A stretch of DNA of 64,000 nt from Eledone cirrhosa (GCA_964016885.1 OZ024741.1:318122001-318186000), one strand, 5' to 3'. Shown: positions 14,640 to 28,090, counted from the first letter of the stretch. Made by a program: numbers and translations. The notes: generated by a model from the sequence alone, not told the origin.

Positions 14640-14938
14640 CTGTAAATAATAAAAATAATAACAATGATAATAATAATAATAATAATAATAATAATGTTTT
14701 CTTTATTAACCACAAGGGTTCACATAAAGTAGACATTAAGGACAGTACAGGACAATACAGGACGGTACAAAAGGGCATTTCTGCGTGTAAAAAAACAGAG
14801 GTTGAAATAAAATAACAAAGAAAAATTCCCCAATAGGGGGGAGACTTCCAAGGGACATTTGTGGAGAAAGCCCATTAAAAGACCACAGTGGCCCTGACCA
14901 CCAGGGCAAGTGCCCTCTCCCAGTTTTCCACCTTTAAT

Positions 14939-17900
14939 TTACAGACACATACTCAGAGAAGGCCCGTTCATTCGGGCCATACTTGCTTCTCTCACCCATC
15001 TTTCAACAAAATGCTGGGAAGAGAGCACTTCCCTCTCTACCCTGATTTTCCTTTTCAAATGAAATTTGAAAAAGTTAATCAGGGCATCACCGAAGAGGTA
15101 AGTGCTCGTCTTCAGCCCTTTCAAACGTGTCCACCATACTATCTTTTTCGCCATGGCCACCAGACAGATAAAAACTGCCTGCCCTTCCAGGCTAAAGGAA
15201 GGGGGCGGGGCAATCCTCACGATGGACTCAGCTGATAGCTGGATCCGTCCTACACGTGACAGCAGGTGTTCGACATAAACCCACAAGTCAGCAATGCTCG
15301 GACACTGGACGAGTGCGTGCAGGACGGTTTCGTCGCCCTGCGCGCATCTCGGACATGCCCGGCTGACGGCACCTCCATGCCTGTAGAGTTTATCCCGAAC
15401 TGGCAAAGCTCCTCGGTAGCACTGCCAGGCCAGGGATTTCTGGAAGTTGTTCATAGGCCCCGGCCCGAAAGTCCTTCCGAAGAGATTGGCTAGTTGATTT
15501 TCGTCGACGCCTAGAGTTTCTCCAAGTATGTCGTCGCTCTTCCCCTCCACTAATCCCCTATAGAACGCCAAGGTGGAGTTTCCACCGATCACATTGCCCG
15601 ATTGGTCGAGGGCTGTGAGCGCCTGAAGACATTCCAGTCTCCAAGCGCTCCCTCTCGGTCTTCGCTTGACCCAGGACTGCAGCTCCGTCAAGGAGACGAG
15701 CTGGGGAAAAACGTGTCTTGCAAACGGCGACCACACCTGATCACCGTCGAGGAAGAGGTGGAGATGTCGTAGCCTGAGCGCGTGTCTGCGCATCATCAGC
15801 CACGGCATGCCCAGCCCTTCACGTAGCGGGTGTTGACAGCAGATGGACCGCCTGACCATCGGAGCGCGTCCCTTCCACAAGAAGCGAAAGAGCAAACGCT
15901 CCAGCGCAGTCAGGCGGGGCTTAGGACAAGGTACGACGGTCAGGCGGTAGTAGATGACGGATGCGATGTACGCATTCGCCACCTCCGCTCGACCTTTCAG
16001 GGATAGCTTCCTCTCGGCCCATTTCTGGGTGAGAGAAGCCACCCTGCTCGTCACCTCGTCCCAGTTTTTGTCCGTCTGGAGGTCTGGACCGAACCAGACC
16101 CCTAGCAATTTAACCGGTCCGTCCGTCCAGCGCCCGACGACGCTGTTGGACGGCATGGACCTGCCTCTCCAGGTGCCGAGCTGCAGGCCCACTGACTTTT
16201 CCTGGTTGATCATTGCTCCTGTCACCGCTTCGTATTCTCTTAGTGTAGTGCCGATCGCCTCGATGTGTTTGGCGTTCGACACCACTACAGTGACATCGTC
16301 GGCATATGCTGATACAGATCTTCCGCATCCTAGTTCGCGCGGGACCCCCCTCAACGTCTCCAGTTTGTGCAGTAATGGCTCGAGAGTCAATACGTACAAT
16401 AGGAACGAGAGGGGACATCCTTGGCGGACCGAGCGCATGATGTTGAACGGTTCCGAAAGGTGACCGTTCACTCTCACTACAGAGCAGATGTCGCTGTGCA
16501 TGGCAGCGATCCAGCCTCTGAAGACGGGCCCAAAGCCAGCCGCCCTCAGGACTGCCGTTAGGTAACGATGGTCGACCCTATCGAAGGCTTTCGACTGATC
16601 TAAATTGATCAAAGACCCACCCGTGCCAGGTTCCCTAGCTACCCTCTCTACGATGTATCGCATGAGGTGGAGGTTGTCGTGGATGGATCTGTCGGGAATG
16701 GCGCATGTCTGTGCCTCTCCCACCAGACCACCAACGACAAGCGCCAACCTCTTTGCTAGCACCTTGGCCAAAATCTTGAACTCTGTGTTTAGCAGAGTTA
16801 TGGGCCTAAAATTATCTATGTTATCCCCCTTGTTCGGATCCTTTCTCAGCAGCGCCACCGCTCCTCGGCTCACAGAGTTGGGAATTCTCCCGTTCTGTTG
16901 CCAGTTGCAGTAGACGTCCGCCAAGAGGCCTCCGAACAAGTTTGGCATTTGTACGTAAAGTTCATAGGGCAGACCATCCAAACCAGGCGATTTACCCCTT
17001 GTGCAACTAGTCATTGCATCCCGTACTTCAGCGGTTGTTATCGGCTTTTCGCAACACTCCGCCTCAGTGGCCGAAAGCCGCGGCAGTCCGTCGAGGTAGA
17101 CACTAAAGTCCATCCCTCGATCCGGCCCGCCACTGCCCCCGAACAGTTGAGCGAAGTGTCGCTGAAAAGCTTCACACATTTGCCCGGGATCGAGTAGCAT
17201 GCCCCCGTCGTGGTCCACCAAAGACCGGATCGTGGCTTTGTTGCCACGACGCGCCTCCGCCACTCGGGCCCATTGAACGGCTTTCGTCCCCTCGTGTCTG
17301 AGAGCACGCACCCTAGCTCTGACAACGCAGCCTTCGTGCTTTGCATTGAAGAATTGGTCAAGGGCCAATTTCGCCGCAAGTACGTCGGTCGCGATGCCTT
17401 TGCTAAGCGCCTCATCTAATTTTCTAACTAATTCTCCCTCTGCTCTATTTTTCTCTATTGCTAAAGTCTTACTAAACCTAATGGACTCTATTCTAATTGC
17501 TCTTTTCAGAGCAAACCACCACTTGTTGTTGACGATGACCCCCGTCAACGCCCGCTTAACTAGTTCGCTAATCCGGTCTCTGTAGGCCTTGCGCGCTGGT
17601 AAGGACGCGTTTAGCTTCCAGTAGCCGGGTCCTTGTCTATGAAGCCTATCTAAGTCAAGCACACAGATCACGAATTTGTGGTCCGTGTAGCTGACTATCT
17701 TGAATTGTGGACAGCCTATGCTAGACCTATCTATTTCCCTACAAAATACTCTATCTAGATATGATCTGGATGACCCTATGCGATTTGTCCAAGTCCACAT
17801 TGGCACATTCGGGAAATCCAATCGGTACCTGTCAGACATTTCAAAACGCCTGAGCAGGTTGGTGAGGCTCTTGCACCCTCCACCCCTATCCGCTAATCCC

Positions 17901-18358
17901 ACACAGTCTCAGCGTGCATCTAAGATCCCGTTCCAGTCGCCCACTAACACTAAAGAGCGGGACGTTCCAAGAAAGGTCTCCAGACGCCGGAAGAAATCAG
18001 GCCGCCCTGCTCCTGTCGGGGCATAGACGGCCACTAGCCTGAAAGCTTGCCCGTCTCCGCTGGTCACGTCCAGCACCACCAGCTTACCCTCTGGGTCCAG
18101 GAAGATGGCCCGTATGGCGAGATCCAAACCTCTCCGAAAAAGCACAGCAACTCCTCCCCCCGATCCAGGACGGCTGGGAGATGCGTACACATCGTAGCCG
18201 CCAAAGATCGGTGCGAAGGCCCGTGCTTCGGAGATTCTGGTCTCGCTGATGGCCACTACATCTATGTTTAGTGACCTGAGGTCGTTGAGCAGGTGACCCT
18301 GCTTCCATGACGACCCCAAGCCACGCGCATTTATGCTGCCTATTCTGAGTGAGGTCAT
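14939..18358 (-). pseudogene. Tx1 ORF2 (APE endonuclease, RT, CCHC), 1140 codons with one in-frame TGA at 17909-17911
   Basis: SINARGL, ISETR, GDWNGILD, SYLDRVF, YTDH; KSPGLDGLP, FRPITLLN, LDQSKAFDRV, VRQGCPLS, YADD; CPRC..ETVLHALVQC; copy B has TGG (W) at the stop position. Confidence 0.92.
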
Positions 18359-18393
18359 GTTTAAAATAGAGTGGAAAAGATGGGAAAGACCAC

Positions 18394-20472
18394 TTACCGT
18401 ACTTTTCGTAGAGGAGGGATGGTTTTTACATCCCTTTTCACTTGATCGTCTGGTGAAGGGACCGTTGAATCGTCCCTTCCGCTGGTCGTCGGCTCTTCTA
18501 AGAGAATGTCTGAATATACTCTTCGATTGATAGTTCCTCCTAGGTCCCTGAAATCACCAACTGCGTTGAGGAATTTCGTTTTAATGTTTGTGTATTGTTT
18601 CTGTGCTATTTTTAGCAGTCTTATGTTAGTTGGCGTTTTGATTGGTGCTGGTATTATGTAGTCCTGTTGTGAAATGTCTGTGTGTTCAATTATGTAAGTC
18701 ATTAGTTTCTTGTTGTGTGTATTTATTGCCGTGCATTTGTTTTTCTGGGGGTGGGGTGTGGTTCTGCTATTTTCTTGTCGTTGTTGCTGGGTGTGTGTGT
18801 TTTGTTGTTGTGTTTGCTATGTTGGTGCTTGTGGTGGTGGTGTTGAAGGTGTTGTTGGCGGTGGGGTTGTCGCCGGTGGTGATGGTGTTGGTGGTGTTGC
18901 TGCTGTGGGTCTCTTTGCAGTAGACTTTACCCTTTTCTCATTTCTTTCCTCCCTTTTCAAAGGCGACGATGCGCTGCTTCTGCGTTTGTGCCTTCTTACG
19001 ACCTTTTGCCATCCCTCTCCCACCTCACACTCCATGTCTGATTCTGTGAGGTCGGGGAGGGGTACCAGCTCCACTCTTTCACTTGTTGTTGTTGGTGATG
19101 TTTGCACTGGAGTCTCTGTTGCAGCTGCATTTGGTATTGCTGTTGTTGTTGTTAATATTTCCACTGCTGCTGCTGTTTTTGATTTTCGTGGCGTGGGTAT
19201 GGGTGCCACGGACCTATCGTTCCTGGTTGCCGCTTGTCCTGTTGCTGGTAGCCGTGGAGCCGGTTTCGGAAGGAGGGGGGTTTTCTCCTTTCTCAGGGTC
19301 TTCTCGTTGCAGAAGGCCCTGAGATGAGTCTTCGATCCACAGCGAAAGCATTTCGGGCGTTTGCCCTCAACACTTATGGGCAGTTGAGTGCCGTTATCGA
19401 AGTCTATCATATCCGGGATAGCTTCGATGCACTCCTGGTTGGTTTGGATTAGCATCTCAATGGAGGTGCCGACCCAATCTTCTCTTACTTTTTTCTGTAC
19501 TTGCAGTACAGTTGTTTTGTCCTCGATTCCGACGAGGACAGACGCGGCCAGCCAAGAAGGGGCCATTCCGGGGGGGGGGGGGGGGGGGACGTGGGTCAGT
19601 TTGACCCTCACAATTTTTTGCCCGCAGTAGGAGGGCACCAACACCATTTCCTCGCTCCTTAGGGTCACTACGGATTGGGCCTTTGCCTCCTGGGGTGTGG
19701 CAAAAAGTACGTCTACGGTGGCATATTTTTTGCCTCGGATGATGTGCGTTTTCCGCTGCCACACAGACCCCAAGGCTTTTTGTATTTGGGCCTCTGTGGC
19801 TCTTTCCACCCTACGGGATTTTGTACTTACTGTACGGTACGTGACCGTACAGTGCTGTTGGGTTTCGAAAAATTTCTCCGCTGCCTTGCAGATTGCTCGG
19901 TGTCCATTCTTTGTCACCATCTTCTTCGCTTCCTCTAATTCCTCATTTGTTATGAGGATTGTTTCCAAGTTTTTCGCAATACCTGCAAATGAGATTGGTT
20001 TTTCTTTGCTGCTGCTGTTGTCGTCAGAGCTGCTGTTACTTTTGTTGTTGCTGCAGGTACTACGACTACTGCCTTCGCCGCTGTTGCTGTGGTTGTTGTT
20101 GGTGTTGCTGCTGCTAATGCTGTTGTTTATGCTGCTGGTGATGCTGTTGCGGCTGCTACTGTTGTTTTCATTGTCACTGTTGCTGTTGTTATTACGGCTG
20201 CTACTGCTATTATTCCTGACGTCAGACGAATGAACTGGGTTTTCGTATTTCCCGCACACCTGTTTCGTTGTCGTCGTTGTCGTGGAGAAACCTTGCACGC
20301 TTTGCACGAGACTTTTCTTTTCTTTCGTCGCTTGCGAAAGAGAAGGGAGGGAGAGAGACACATTTAAAGAAGGGAGGGAGAGAGACAATCTTCTCTCTGC
20401 TGTAGTGATGATTGAGGAAGAAGAAGACGGAATGAGTGGGAGTGACCTATACAAATTCTTTTTCGTAGCCAT
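18394..20472 (-). pseudogene. Tx1 ORF1 (gag-like, CCHC zinc knuckle) with one in-frame TAG at 18817-18819
   Basis: CFRCGSKTHLRAFC knuckle; reading through the TAG continues in frame into the 18702-18394 ORF. Confidence 0.82.
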
Positions 20473-20706
20473 GTTGATTTTTTGGTTTAAAATAAATATT
20501 GGGTACAAAACCCCAATAAGCAGTTATTTAACCCCGAAGGGCCAAATAACGGGCAGAAAGACTCCTCTCACGAGGAGGAGGGTGTTTTTGTCTACAAGTT
20601 GGTCTAAGTTTTAAACAATTTACAATTGTTATAGCGTTCAAAATTTACAGTACCTTACAGAGCCGAGCCTCCGTCAACCATAGCATTCAATAATAATAAT
20701 AATAAT

Positions 20707-21890
20707 GCCATAAGTGCAGTAAATTCCCGAGCTGTGTCTATTATTAGGTACAGTGCGGGAATTCTGAGATGGAATGTTGCTGAACAAAAAGAAATGGATA
20801 GGAAGACTAGGAAGCTATTGACTATCTACAACATGTTCCACAAGAGGAGTGATGTCGATAGACTCTACTTAAGACCTCTTCAACCTTCAGATCTCCTTAT
20901 CAGCATAGAGGACTGTGTTCAGATGGAGAAAAACAACCTACACAAATATGTGACTGATAGTAAGGAGCCAATGCTCAGAACTGTACTGAAGGAGGGGACA
21001 ATAGGCCAGGGGATGTCCAAGGAGGAAATAACATCAAGGAGACAGAGCAGCCTTCAGGAAAAATCCCTTCATAGTACCTTCCTTGAGAAAACTGAATTTA
21101 GAGATCCACAGACATGGAACTGGTTGAAAAGAGGAGACCTTAAAAAGGCTACAGAAGGAATGTTAATGGCTGCGCAGGAGCAGGCCCTCAAAACGAAGTG
21201 GTTGAAACACCACATTTACAAGGAGGAGGCTAGCCCACTGTGCAGGATCTGTGGAGAGAGAGAGGAGACTGTGGCTCACATTGTATCCGAGTGTAAACAC
21301 CTAGCCCAGACTCACTATAAGGGCTGGAGACATGATGTGATGGGCAGGGTGATCCACTGGCACCTATGCAAAGTAAACAATTTACCACATTCTGAGAAGT
21401 GGTATGAGCATAAGCCAGAGGCGGTGATAGAAAACGATCAGGTGAAGGTGCTGTGGGATTTTAGGATACAGACGGACAAGAAACTGGAACACACTAGACC
21501 TGACCTGGTGGTTTTGAACAAAGAAAAAAGATCGTGCCTGATTGTGGATGTGGCCTGCCCATTCGACACGAGAGTGCAAGAGAAGGAGAGGGAGAAAATT
21601 AACCGATACCAGGACTTAAAGTGGGAGGTAAAAAGGATTTGGAACTGCCATGAAGTCAAAGTGATCCCGATTGTCATAGGCGCACTAGGGACTATCTCAA
21701 AAAGTTTCCAGGGATTGTTAAAGAAAATTGGCCCCTTCACGCTTTTTGGAACGCTTCAAAACGCATGCTTGCTGGGAACAGCAAGAACCCTCCGATACGT
21801 CCTGAATATCTGAGGCTGCAGGTAGTGGCTTGATATTCATTTCAACAAACTTTCCAGTTAACTAACATCAATGACTGAGACTCAAAGAGT
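20707..21890 (+). mobile_element. 5'-truncated R4/Dong-type LINE with restriction-like endonuclease, ending in (AAT)n
   Basis: Open frame to 21813: IIRYSAGILRW, LMAAQEQAL, CRICGEREETVAHIVSEC, RHD, WDFRIQTD...RPDLVV...IVDVACP...EKINRYQDL (PD-(D/E)XK). Confidence 0.92.
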
Positions 21891-21896
21891 AATAAC

Positions 21897-21949
<53 letters not shown>

Positions 21950-21950
<1 letters not shown>

Positions 21951-22133
21951 TGTTTCTACTTTTGGCACAAGGCCAGTAATTACCCAGTGCACTGGTACTT
22001 TATTTTATCGACCCCGTAAGGATGAAAGGCAGAGTTAACCTTGGCGGGATTTGAACTCAGAATGGCAAGGGCCGTAACTCTATGCGTCAAAGCATAACGT
22101 CCGACCCTCTACCGATACTGCCAGTCCACCGCC
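21950..22133 (-). mobile_element. Full-length tRNA-derived SINE (main family) between (AAT)n tracts
   Basis: GGCGGTGGACTGGCAGTATCGGTAG head, GAGTTCAAATCC B box, tail GGCCTTGTGCCAAAAGTAGAAACA(ATT)n. Confidence 0.9.
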
Positions 22134-22151
22134 AATAATAATAATAATAAT

Positions 22152-25100
22152 GATTTCATTTATTGGCCACAAGGGCCGACATATAGGGGACAATACAAAA
22201 GACTGGGACAGTGGGGTTTTACAGAAAAATCGAGTAAACAATATGAATAAACAAAGTAACAATAACAAAGTAACAATAAAGTAATAAGAAAATTACAACA
22301 AGAAAACATTCTCCAATAGGGGGGATGACCACCTAGGGTTCGCTCAGGTAGCCAACCAGTCCTGAACGACCCGACGCTTCGAGAGAACCCTGGAAGGGCA
22401 CCCCTCTCCTCTTCAAATTTACCTACCTACAGCCGCATGACCAGAGTAGGCCCACTCACACGGGCCATTCTCGCCACATTCACCCACCTTTCAGCAAATG
22501 TACTGGGGGCAGCACTTCTCTCTCCACCCTCACTTTCCTTTCCAAGTGAAACTTGAAAAAGTTGATGAGGGATTGGCCGAAGAGAAAAGTGTCTGTCTTC
22601 AGTCCTTTCAACCTCGTCCACCATACAACCTCTTTCGCTACTGCCACCAGGCAGAGGAAAATTGCCTGCCTTTCCTGGCCAAAAGAAGGCGGCGGGTTGA
22701 TCTTCACTATGGACTCGGCCGATAGCCGGATCCGTTCTACACGAGACAACAGCTGTTCAACATAACTCTACAAGTCAGTAATGCACGGACACTGGACGAG
22801 TGCGTGCAGAACGGTTTCGTCGCTCTGCGCGCATCTCGGGCAGGTCCGTCTGACAGCACTTCCGTGCCTGTAGAGTATATCTCGAACCGGTAGTGCCCCC
22901 CGGTAGCACTGCCAAGCGAGGGATTTTTGGAAATTATCCATCGTCCCCGGCTCGAAATTCCTCCGGTACAGACTGGTTAGTTCGACTTCGTTGACTCCCA
23001 GAGCCTCTCCCAGTGCGTCGTCGCACTTGCCCACCACTAATCCTCTATAGAACTCGAGAGTGGAAGTTCAACTGACCGCATTGCCCGCCTGGTAGAGGGC
23101 AGTGAGTGCCTGGCAACATTCCAGATGCCAGTCACCCAGTCTCGGTCTCTTCTTGACTCAGGACTGCAACTCAGTCAAAGAAAAAAGCTGCTGAAAGGCC
23201 CGTCTGACAAACGGCGACCACACCTGTTCACCGTTTAGGCAGAATATCTGGAGATGCCACAGCCTCAGCGCGTGCCTGCGCATCATTAGCCACGGCATGC
23301 GCATCATTAGCCACGTAGAGGGTGCTGGCAGCAGATGGACCGCCTCACCAGCGGAACCTGACCCCTACACAAGAATTTGAAGAGGAGCCGCTCCAAGATG
23401 GCGAGGCGCGAACGGGGGCAAGGACGACAGTCAGACGGTAGTAGATGACGGACGCGATGTACGCGTTCGCCACCTCCGCCCGACATTTTAGTGATAGCTT
23501 CATCCCAGCCCATTTCTGGGTGAGACTGACTACCGTGCCCGTCACCTCGTCCCAATTCTTATCCACCTGGAGGTCTGGCCCGAACCAAACCCCCTAGCAA
23601 CTTTACCGGTCCGTCCGTCCAGCGCCTAACGACGTTGTTGGACGGCATGGACTTGCCTCTCCAGGTGCCGAGTTGCAAGCCCACTGACTTTTCCGGGTTA
23701 AGTTTTGCTCCCGTCAACCTTTCATATTCCTCCAATAAGTTGCCGACCACCTCGATTTCTGAGGTGTCCGACACCATCACGGTGATGTCGTCCGCATAAG
23801 CTGACACAGCCTTTACGCGTCCCGGTTCAAGCGGGATGCCCTGCAACAGCTCCAGCTTCCGCAGTAAAGGCTCGAGAGTCAATGCGTACAGAAGGGAGGA
23901 GAGAGGGAACCCTTGACGGACCGATCGGGAGACCTGAAACGGTCCCGAGAGGTGGCCATTAATTTTGACCATCGAGCAGGTGCCGCTGTGCATTGCAGCG
24001 ATCCAGCTTCTGAAGACGGGGCCGAAGCCAACCGCCTTGAGGACAGCCTCCAGGTACCGATGGTCGACCCTATCGAATGCTTTCGATTGATCTAAATTGA
24101 TCAGAGCCCCACCGAAGCCAGGTTTACACCCTACCCTCTCTATGATGTATCGCATTAGGTGGAGGTTGTCGTGTATGGACCTGGTTGGGATTGCGCAAGT
24201 TTGCGCCTCCCCAACCAAATCCCCGACGACAAGCGCCAACCTCTTCGCTAACACCCTGGCCAAAATCTTAAACTCTGTGTTGAGCAGAGTTATGGGCCTG
24301 AAATTGTCTAATGTGTTCCTCTTGTTCTCGTCTTTCCTTATCAGCGTCACTACGCCCCGGCTCACAGAACTGGGAGTACTCCCGTTCTGCTGCCAGTTGC
24401 AGTAGAGCGCTTCGAGGAGATTGGAGAACAAGTCTGGCATATTTACGTAAAGTTCGTAGGGCAGACCATCCAAACCGGGTGACTTGCGCCTCATGCAGCC
24501 TACAAGGGCATCCTGAATCTCGGCTGAAGTAATTGGCCTTTCGCAGCGCCCAGCGTCAGCCGTCGAGAGTTGCGGCAAGCCATCGAGGTAGGGACTGAAG
24601 TCCGCCACCATCTCTGACCCGCCACTTCCCCCGAACAACCGAGCAAAATGTTGGCGAAAGGCCTCACACATCCTCTTGGAATCGCTCAGCTCGAGCCCGT
24701 CTCGGTCCATCAAAGACCGAATCGTGGTTTTATTACCACGCTGCGCCTCTGCCACGCGGGCCCATCGAACAGCTTTGGTTCCCTCGTTTCTCAGAGCACG
24801 CGCCTTAGCTCTGACAATGCAACCTTCGTGTTTCGCATTGAAGAAATGGTCTAATGCCATTCTCGCCGCTAGCACATCAGTTGCAATGCCACAACCAATA
24901 GCCTCGTCTAACTTATCTACCAACTCCCCCTCCTTTCTATTTTTCTCTAATGCTACTTCTTTGCTAAACTCTATCGACATTACTCTAATCTCTCTTTTGA
25001 GAGCCCCCCACCATCTATTGTTGACGACTCCCCTGTCAACTTTTTCTTAACTAAATTGTTGACCTGGTCCCTGTAAGCCTTACGTGCCGGAAATGACATG

Positions 25101-28060
25101 TTTAACTTCCAGTAACCAGGTCCTAACCTATGCGTCTTATGTAGGTCGACCATACAGATCACAAACTTGTGATCTGAATAGGCGACCGTTTCAAAACGTG
25201 GACAGCTTACACTATTTCTGTTTATTTTCCTAATGAATATCCTGTCTATATACGATCTAGATGACCCTATGCGGTTAGCCCAGGTCCACACTGGCGCATT
25301 AGGGAAATCTAGTCGGTACCTGTCAGACAGTTGGAACTGGCTGATCAGGTTCTTGAGGTTTTTGCATCCCCCTCCCCCGCTCCTATCGGATACTCCCACA
25401 CAGTCCCAGCGCGCGTCTAAGATGCCGTTCCAGTCCCCCGCTAACAGTAAAGAGCGAGACGTACCCAGAAAGGCTTCCAGGCGTCTAAAGAAGTCCGGCC
25501 GTCCTGCCCCAGTAGGAGCATAGACGGCCACCAGTATAAAGGCACCACCTTCATTTTTGTTCACGTCCAGGACCACCAACTTCCCGTCCGGGTCCCGGAA
25601 GATCGACCTTACCCAGAGATCCAGGCCTTTCCTAAACAGCACTTCCACCCCGCCTCCCATTCCCGCCTGGCTAACAGATGCAAAGATCTGATAGTCGTCG
25701 AAAATGGGGGCTAGTGCGCGCGTGTCGGAAATCCTGGTCTCGCTGACTGCAATTACATCCATTTCTATAGACCTGAGGTCGTTGAGCAGGTGACCCTGCT
25801 TCCAGGACGATCCCAAGCCTCAAACATTTAAACATCCTACTCTTAATACGGCAATGTTGGCAGGTTAAACAGAGAGAGAGGAAGGTTTACTTACCTTCCG
25901 GGCTCTTGTGAAGGTCGGGTTGTTCGACCTCCATAGTTAGTGGGGTTTCTTTTGGGAACCCCTTTAAAAGTCTTGAAGTGGGTTTTACGTTCGGGGTTCC
26001 CACGTCCCGAGGAAAGCTGTCTCGTATTTCTTTGAATATGTCGAGCGACATTCGCACCAGAACCAAATCTTCCGGCACGCGAAATGTGCTCGATTTAAAA
26101 ATTACCCCCTCTTTTTGTATATTTTCACTTCGTGCTACGAGGGCCATCAGTTCCTTGTTGGCCCTCCTGACGAGCACGAAGTTTTGTATGTTTTGTTGGT
26201 GTGATTTTATTTATTTGCGTGGCTGTGGTGGTGATGGTTTTGGTGGTGTTGTTTCGGTTGTATCTGTGTTTGTTGTGAGTGCGGTGTCTGTGGCTTCAGA
26301 TGTTTGTGTGTATATTTGTTCTTGCGTCTGTTTCAGTTGTTTTCGTTTGGGGGATTCTGGTGATGGTGATGGTGGTGTTGGTGTTGGTGTTATTGGAGAG
26401 ATGTTTGCGTGGGTGGTGTCTGCGTTTTTTATTGTGGGTGCTTTTGTGCTTTGTTGAGTTTTTTTTTCTTTTTGTGTTTCCTTTTTTGTATTTTGGGGGA
26501 TTTTGGATTTCCCTCATCTTCACTACTGGTAGATGAGTGGTTTGTGTCTGTAAGTGTGTTTGTATGTATGTTTAAGGTTTTATTGGTGTGTGTATTTTTG
26601 GGGGGAGGGGGAATTTGACAGCTTTCCTCGTTTCCCCCCTGGGTGGTCAATGATGATGGTGTTTTTTCTATTGGTGTTGTTGTTGGTGGTTTTGCCGGTG
26701 CAGGTGTTGGTTGTGGTCCTCGCCCCGGCGTCGGCAGCAGTGGAGCCTTTCGACCCCTTGCCTCTTTCAGCAGTTGAGGGCAGAAGGCTCGCAAATGGGT
26801 TTTTTCCCCACAAACAAAACAGTGCAGCCTTTTGCCTTCGGTCATAATATGAATGACCGTCCCATTCTGAAGGCGGATGTGGTCCGGGATTGTCTTCACA
26901 TTCTCGGGCCTGATCTGGAGAAGGATCTCCAGGTCAACCCCGGACCAGTCCTCTCTGGCCGTTCTGGTCACTTCTATAGGGACTGTATCCGTCCCTCCAC
27001 AATCACACATCCCAGAAGCCACCACATGTCAAGTTCTGGTGGGATTCTGGGAATGCGGAGACGGGCCGTTCTTTTTCCAATGTGGGAGGGGTACATTATG
27101 ACCTTGCTGGTTTTGCAAGGAGTCATAGCGTTGGCTTCTGACTTGAACAACACCGAAAGGGTGCCGTACTGTCTTCCCCTCTCTATGTACTGGGTGTCTT
27201 CTCTGATGCACCTCAGCGCGACTTCGACATCTTCTTGTGGGATTAAAGCTGCGTTTTTGGTTTGTGCTGAGATGCATCTATAATGCACCGTTCTGTGCTC
27301 CACTGCCTCAATAGCTTCTACCGGGACAGTTAAGTTGGCCCAGGTTTGCTCTTGCTTGATGAGCTTCCATGCCTGGGCCAACTTTTCATCTTTGTTTGAG
27401 AGGTCCATGTTGAAGCATGGCCTCTTTTTTGCTGCTGCCGCAGCGAAATTGTTCTTGTTTTCGTTGGGGGTGTTGTTGACGTTGTTCTTGTTGGTGTTGT
27501 TGTTAGCACTGTCGCTGTTATCATTGCTGTCTTTGTTGCCACCGTTGTTCTCGGTGCAGTTGGTATTGTTGCTGTTGGTGTTGTCGCTATTTGTTTTCAT
27601 GTTAGTGGTGTTGATATTGTTGTTGTATTTGTTATTTTTTTTTTTGTTATCTGTATTTTCGTTGTTGCTGTTACTGTCATTTTTTTCAAAATTAGAGTTC
27701 TTATTGGTATCATTGGTGTCTTTGTTTACCTTGTTTGTGGTGGTGTTTGTGTTATCAATGTGTGTTAATTTCGCTGTAGCGCTCCTCTCAACTTCTACGT
27801 CGTTGTCGCACGACAGCCGACATATCGCGGGGGGGGGGGGGGGGGGGGGGGCTCAGCCATGTAGGTTTTTTTCTTCGTAAACATGTAAAAAAAAGTTCAA
27901 ATATTTGGGCCAAAAGGCCCAAATATTATACTTTCCCCTTCACGGGGCAAAGTCTAAGAGCTTATATCCCTTACACAACAAGAAATATTTAACAACAAAT
28001 AATTTTAACAGGCAAATAAAGCGACTTACTGTGAGCGAGCAAAATATGTCCGCTTAGACC
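22152..28060 (-). mobile_element. Full-length Tx1-type retrotransposon, copy B (distinct subfamily, several frameshifts), inserted in (AAT)n
   Basis: ORF1 pieces ~27880-25887 with CFVCGEKTHLRAFC; ORF2 pieces ~25855-22427 with APE motifs, YADD and CPRC..H..C; 3' end GGCCCTTGTGGCCAATAAATGAAATC(ATT)n. Confidence 0.92.

Positions 28061-28090
<30 letters not shown>

Larger units (their letters stand above)
14697..20688 (-). mobile_element. Full-length Tx1-type (L1 superfamily) non-LTR retrotransposon, copy A, inserted in (AAT)n
   Basis: ORF1 plus ORF2; 3' end CCCTTGTGGTTAATAAAGAAAAC(ATT)n; (AAT)n on both flanks. Confidence 0.93.

Noticed and set aside
17909-17911. In-frame TGA in Tx1 ORF2 as programmed readthrough or selenocysteine
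   Set aside because: The paralogous copy has TGG (Trp), so a simple nonsense mutation explains it.
19569-19588. Poly-G run in Tx1 ORF1 (also 27828-27851) as a frameshift or G4 signal
   Set aside because: The runs are at non-equivalent positions in the two copies; homopolymer expansion or base-calling error is more likely.
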